A stretch of DNA of 62,048 nt, the filler included. It is 8 parts of 8 records of this genome, joined end to end, with 100 filler letters (N's around TTAATTAATTAA, not from the genome) between each part and the next. Parts side by side here need not be neighbours in the genome. Positions count along the whole stretch, not along the records: positions 54,206 to 62,048 come from SRR31147125_44618; 7 more parts are not named here. One strand, 5' to 3'. Below the pieces are notes generated by a model. It was not told the origin of the DNA. It did not search any database and was given only the letters and a program-made list of their open reading frames with translations. Of the stretch, positions 58,731-62,048 are shown one piece after another. The position numbers and the translations under genes are program-made. Numbering within the stretch: the stretch's first letter is position 1; each line of letters begins with the position of its first letter.

Positions 58731-61700
58731 ATGAATCATCACATCAACCATTCATTAGCCGGCCCATCTCTCCTATTGCTGTGTTTTCTATTGGTCACGA
58801 TAATCGTGTCCGGGTGCAGCAAACAATCCTCTTTGGGCAATTCCAAACAGATAAAATCCATTTTTTCGTATCCACCACGGGAATACAGTACCGGACCGTT
58901 GTGGACGTGGAATGACATGTTGACTGAAGAACAGATTAAATCCTCTTTGGCAGATATGGCAGAACAGGGTGTGCGGCAGGTATGGGTGCATCCGCGACCG
59001 GGTCTGATGACACCTTATCTTGGTGAGGAATGGTTTCGAATGTGGAAAGTCACTCTTGATGAAGCGGAAAAACTGGATATGAACGTGTGGATTTACGATG
59101 AAAATTCCTATCCATCCGGATTTGCTGGCGGACTTGTGCCGGAGGTGATGCCGGAGGCACGCGGGAAAGGGGTGCATATGTCAGAAGTCACAAAGCCGGA
59201 TAACCTGGATGACAATGTGCTTTTTATATATCAGATGACGGAAAATGGTTTTAAGAATATTACAAAGCAGGTTCGCGGAGGAACGTCTTTTCCTGAGGGA
59301 CGCTATCTGCTGGCCACCCTGAAATTGGCCTCAAGCGGAGGATGGTTCGGCGGTAAATACTATGTAGATGTGCTGCACCCGGGTGTGACTGAAAAGTTTA
59401 TCGATATTACTATGGAAGCGTATCGGGATCATTTTGGCAAGGAATTCGGTAAACGGATTCCGGGTTGGTTCACAGACGAACCGCATTTGCGTCCAGCTGG
59501 AGGACTTCACTGGTCAGTAAACTTGCAACAGGATTTCAAGAATCGATGGGGATATGATATTGCAGATCATCTGCCAAGTCTGGTGGAACCACTTGGTGAC
59601 TGGAAGAAGATACGTTACCATTATCAACAATTCCTGCTGGAAGAATTTATTAACAAGTGGGCCGAACCTTGTTACGATTATTGCGAAAAACACAATCTGG
59701 ACTTTACCGGGCATTACTGGGAACATGGCTGGCCTGGAGCATCCCACGGCCCGGATAATATGGCCATGAGTGCCTGGCAGCAACGCCCGGGCGTCGATAT
59801 CCTGATGAACGAATACCGGGAAGATGTTCACGCCCAGTTTGGTAATGCCCGAGCTGTGAAGGAAATTGCCAGTGTGGCGAACCAGTTAGGTCGTGAGCGC
59901 ACATTATGTGAAACATACGGTGCTGGCGGCTGGGATTTACGTTTTGAAGACATGAAACGTATTGGCGACTGGATTTATGTACTTGGAGTGAATACCCTCA
60001 ATGAACATTTAACATATGTTACCATCCGCGGTGCCCGCAAACGGGACCATCCGCAGTCTTTTTCTTATCACACACCCTGGTGGGAAGGTTATCACAAAAT
60101 GACAGGCTATTTTACCCGTCTTTCAGCTGCTTTATCAGCCGGAGAACAGGTTAATAATATCCTGTTGCTGGAACCCAGCACAACAGCGTGGATGTATCAG
60201 CCGGATCCATCCGGCAGTAAAACTCTGAATTCCATTGGTGCTTCCTTTCAGGACATGATCAACGACCTGGAACAGCAGCAAGTGGAATACGATATAGGCT
60301 GTGAAGATGTTATAAACCGGCATGGCAGCGTAAAAATGGAGGATTCAGGAGCAAACAAACGAGCTGACTTTATCGTGGGAAAACGGGCATACCAGCTAGT
60401 CGTGTTGCCACCATCTATGGAAAACATCACCTCAGGAACCATGTCACTATTGGAAGACTATGTTAATGCTGGCGGCAAGGTATTATGCTGTGGCGAGGCG
60501 CCGGCACGTGTCGATGGAGAGCTTTCGGATCGCGGACTAAAAGTGGGAAACCTAACCGGATGGACAAATGTATCGGTTGAACAGGCTGTCGAAGACATGA
60601 CTGGCATTTCCCGGGACGGTCTTGCTATACAACGCAATCCTAACGATCAGGGGATCCTGTTCCATCACCGTCGTACACTGGACGATGGTGACATCCTTTT
60701 CCTCGTCAATACCAGCATAGATAATGCTTCAAATGGAGCCGTTTACTCCTCAACAGCACAATATGTCGAAAAATGGGACCTTGAAACGGGAGATATTTCA
60801 TCCTTTCCGTTTACCACATCAGGTAAAGGTTTTAGAGTCGATTATTATATTCCACCCTGTGGTAGTTTACTCTTGTTTTTCACAACCAAACCCGGTGAAC
60901 AGGCAAACGTCAAACCTGCTCAGATCACAACGATTCAACCAAAAGCAGATCCATCTGTCAGACTCGTCGAACCCAATGTGCTCACTCTCGACTATGTGGA
61001 TGTCACTGCAGGCGGTGAAACGCTAAAAAACAGCTATTTTTACAAGGCACAGCAATTCATTTTTCAGAAAAATGGTATGGATAACAATCCCTGGGACAGT
61101 TCCGTACAGTTTCGCGATGAATTGATCAGCAAAACCTTCCCTGCTGAAAGCGGATTTGAGGCCAGCTACCGGTTTACCATCGAGGATAAAGTCCCGGATC
61201 AACTGTGGATGGTGATTGAACGCGCTGATCTCTACTCGCTTACCTGTAACGGTCACGCGGTTTCACCAATACCAGGTGAGTGGTGGCTGGATAAAGCCTT
61301 TGGTAAAATCGATATCAGCAAAACAGCGCATAAAGGCGAAAACATCCTTACTATAAAAGCCTCTCCCATGACGATATATCACGAACTGGAGTCTGCTTAT
61401 GTGCTGGGTCATTTCTCTCTGAAAGCAGTCGATAAAGGATTTGCCATTGTTGAAACAAAACCGATTACGTTGACACAGGCAGAAGATCAAGGCTGGGACA
61501 AACAGGGTTATCCCTTTTACGCGGCAGGCGTAACCTATACAGAAAAATTTGATGTTGCCAGGACAGAAGGACAGTTCAATGTGAAATTAACAGACTGGTA
61601 TGGCAGTGTTGCAAAAATAACAGTTAATGACCAGCTGGCCGGTTATATCGCCTATCAACCCTGGGAATGTGATGTATCGGAATGGATCAAACCTGGAAGT

Positions 61701-61895
61701 AATAAAGTTGAGGTAACCGTAATTGGTACCCTTAAAAACACATTAGGACCCCATCATTTTGGTCCTGTGAGCGGCAGAGCCTGGCCAAGTATGTTCAAAA
61801 AGGGCCCGGAAACAGGTCCGCCGGCCGGTAAAGAATATCACACACTCAGTTATGGTATGTTTGAGCCGTTTGTGTTGAAACAGATGGTTGAGTAG
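58731..61895 (+). CDS. Large glycoside hydrolase lipoprotein (GH106/alpha-L-rhamnosidase-like)
   Basis: Lipobox IVSG-C. Motifs PLWTWN, HPRPGL..PYL, WIYDENSYPSGFAGG, FTDEP, CETYGAGGW, C-terminal beta-sandwich (GYPFYAG, IAYQPW). Start placed after AGGAG. Confidence 0.8.
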   Translation: MNHHINHSLAGPSLLLLCFLLVTIIVSGCSKQSSLGNSKQIKSIFSYPPREYSTGPLWTWNDMLTEEQIKSSLADMAEQGVRQVWVHPRPGLMTPYLGEEWFRMWKVTLDEAEKLDMNVWIYDENSYPSGFAGGLVPEVMPEARGKGVHMSEVTKPDNLDDNVLFIYQMTENGFKNITKQVRGGTSFPEGRYLLATLKLASSGGWFGGKYYVDVLHPGVTEKFIDITMEAYRDHFGKEFGKRIPGWFTDEPHLRPAGGLHWSVNLQQDFKNRWGYDIADHLPSLVEPLGDWKKIRYHYQQFLLEEFINKWAEPCYDYCEKHNLDFTGHYWEHGWPGASHGPDNMAMSAWQQRPGVDILMNEYREDVHAQFGNARAVKEIASVANQLGRERTLCETYGAGGWDLRFEDMKRIGDWIYVLGVNTLNEHLTYVTIRGARKRDHPQSFSYHTPWWEGYHKMTGYFTRLSAALSAGEQVNNILLLEPSTTAWMYQPDPSGSKTLNSIGASFQDMINDLEQQQVEYDIGCEDVINRHGSVKMEDSGANKRADFIVGKRAYQLVVLPPSMENITSGTMSLLEDYVNAGGKVLCCGEAPARVDGELSDRGLKVGNLTGWTNVSVEQAVEDMTGISRDGLAIQRNPNDQGILFHHRRTLDDGDILFLVNTSIDNASNGAVYSSTAQYVEKWDLETGDISSFPFTTSGKGFRVDYYIPPCGSLLLFFTTKPGEQANVKPAQITTIQPKADPSVRLVEPNVLTLDYVDVTAGGETLKNSYFYKAQQFIFQKNGMDNNPWDSSVQFRDELISKTFPAESGFEASYRFTIEDKVPDQLWMVIERADLYSLTCNGHAVSPIPGEWWLDKAFGKIDISKTAHKGENILTIKASPMTIYHELESAYVLGHFSLKAVDKGFAIVETKPITLTQAEDQGWDKQGYPFYAAGVTYTEKFDVARTEGQFNVKLTDWYGSVAKITVNDQLAGYIAYQPWECDVSEWIKPGSNKVEVTVIGTLKNTLGPHHFGPVSGRAWPSMFKKGPETGPPAGKEYHTLSYGMFEPFVLKQMVE

Positions 61896-62006
61896 CGAAC
61901 CTGCTTAACCGATTTCACTTTAGTTAGTAATTTGACCGCTTTTTTTGTTTAGATAATACTAATGGACTTTTGCCACGATAGATCAATAATAACAAAAAGT
62001 AACGAG

Positions 62007-62035
62007 ATCCCCCTTACAAAGGGGGTTAGGGGGAT
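62007..62035. repeat. REP-like short palindromic element
   Basis: ATCCCCCTT-ACA-AAGGGGG-TT-AGGGGGAT. Single copy in this window. Confidence 0.5.
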
Positions 62036-62048
62036 GTTACGATGGCGC

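Overview
This window is not one chromosome segment. It is a concatenation of eight contigs joined by 100-nt artificial spacers (N44-TTAATTAATTAA-N44), and the contigs appear to come from different bacteria, so gene neighbourhoods only mean something within a contig. (1) 1-7858: dcw cluster on the minus strand (rsmH-ftsL-ftsI-murE-murF-mraY-murD). (2) 7959-13142: surface-polysaccharide locus (sugar transferase, Wzi-like barrel, nucleotide-sugar dehydrogenase, wecB). (3) 13243-20818: Bacteroidota-like glycan cluster (GH97, GH26, GH28-like, DUF362, beta-propeller lipoprotein, aldo-keto reductase). (4) 20919-26444: Clostridia-like ketose 3-epimerase, Zn-ribbon membrane protein, purL, MarR. (5) 26545-36148: tyrosine phenol-lyase with Lrp, KTSC, a receiver protein with a decayed kinase, creatininase-like, Tat-exported Hyi-like, YgjP-like, RidA, DUF481. 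(6) 36249-45639: Clostridia-like MFS, adhE with a Rex box, iscR-iscS-iscU, luxE/luxC-like genes. (7) 45740-54105: Bacteroidota-like heavy-metal RND system, YHS-like protein, Fur/Zur, TonB receptor. (8) 54206-62048: two large secreted glycosidase-like genes flanking rhuM-fic. The most notable unannotated signals are: a complete promoter / 36-codon leader ORF / antiterminator / terminator attenuator upstream of the MFS gene; murE and murF in one frame, separated only by a UAG and a 19-codon stop-free spacer carrying a strong hairpin; modular inverted octamer-repeat elements between polysaccharide genes; an unclassified multi-stem element upstream of the YgjP-like gene; and a promoter-plus-spacer motif shared by the two glycosidases of contig 8. 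No rRNA, tRNA, CRISPR array or intact transposase was recognised. All assignments come from motif recognition by eye; no database searches were run.
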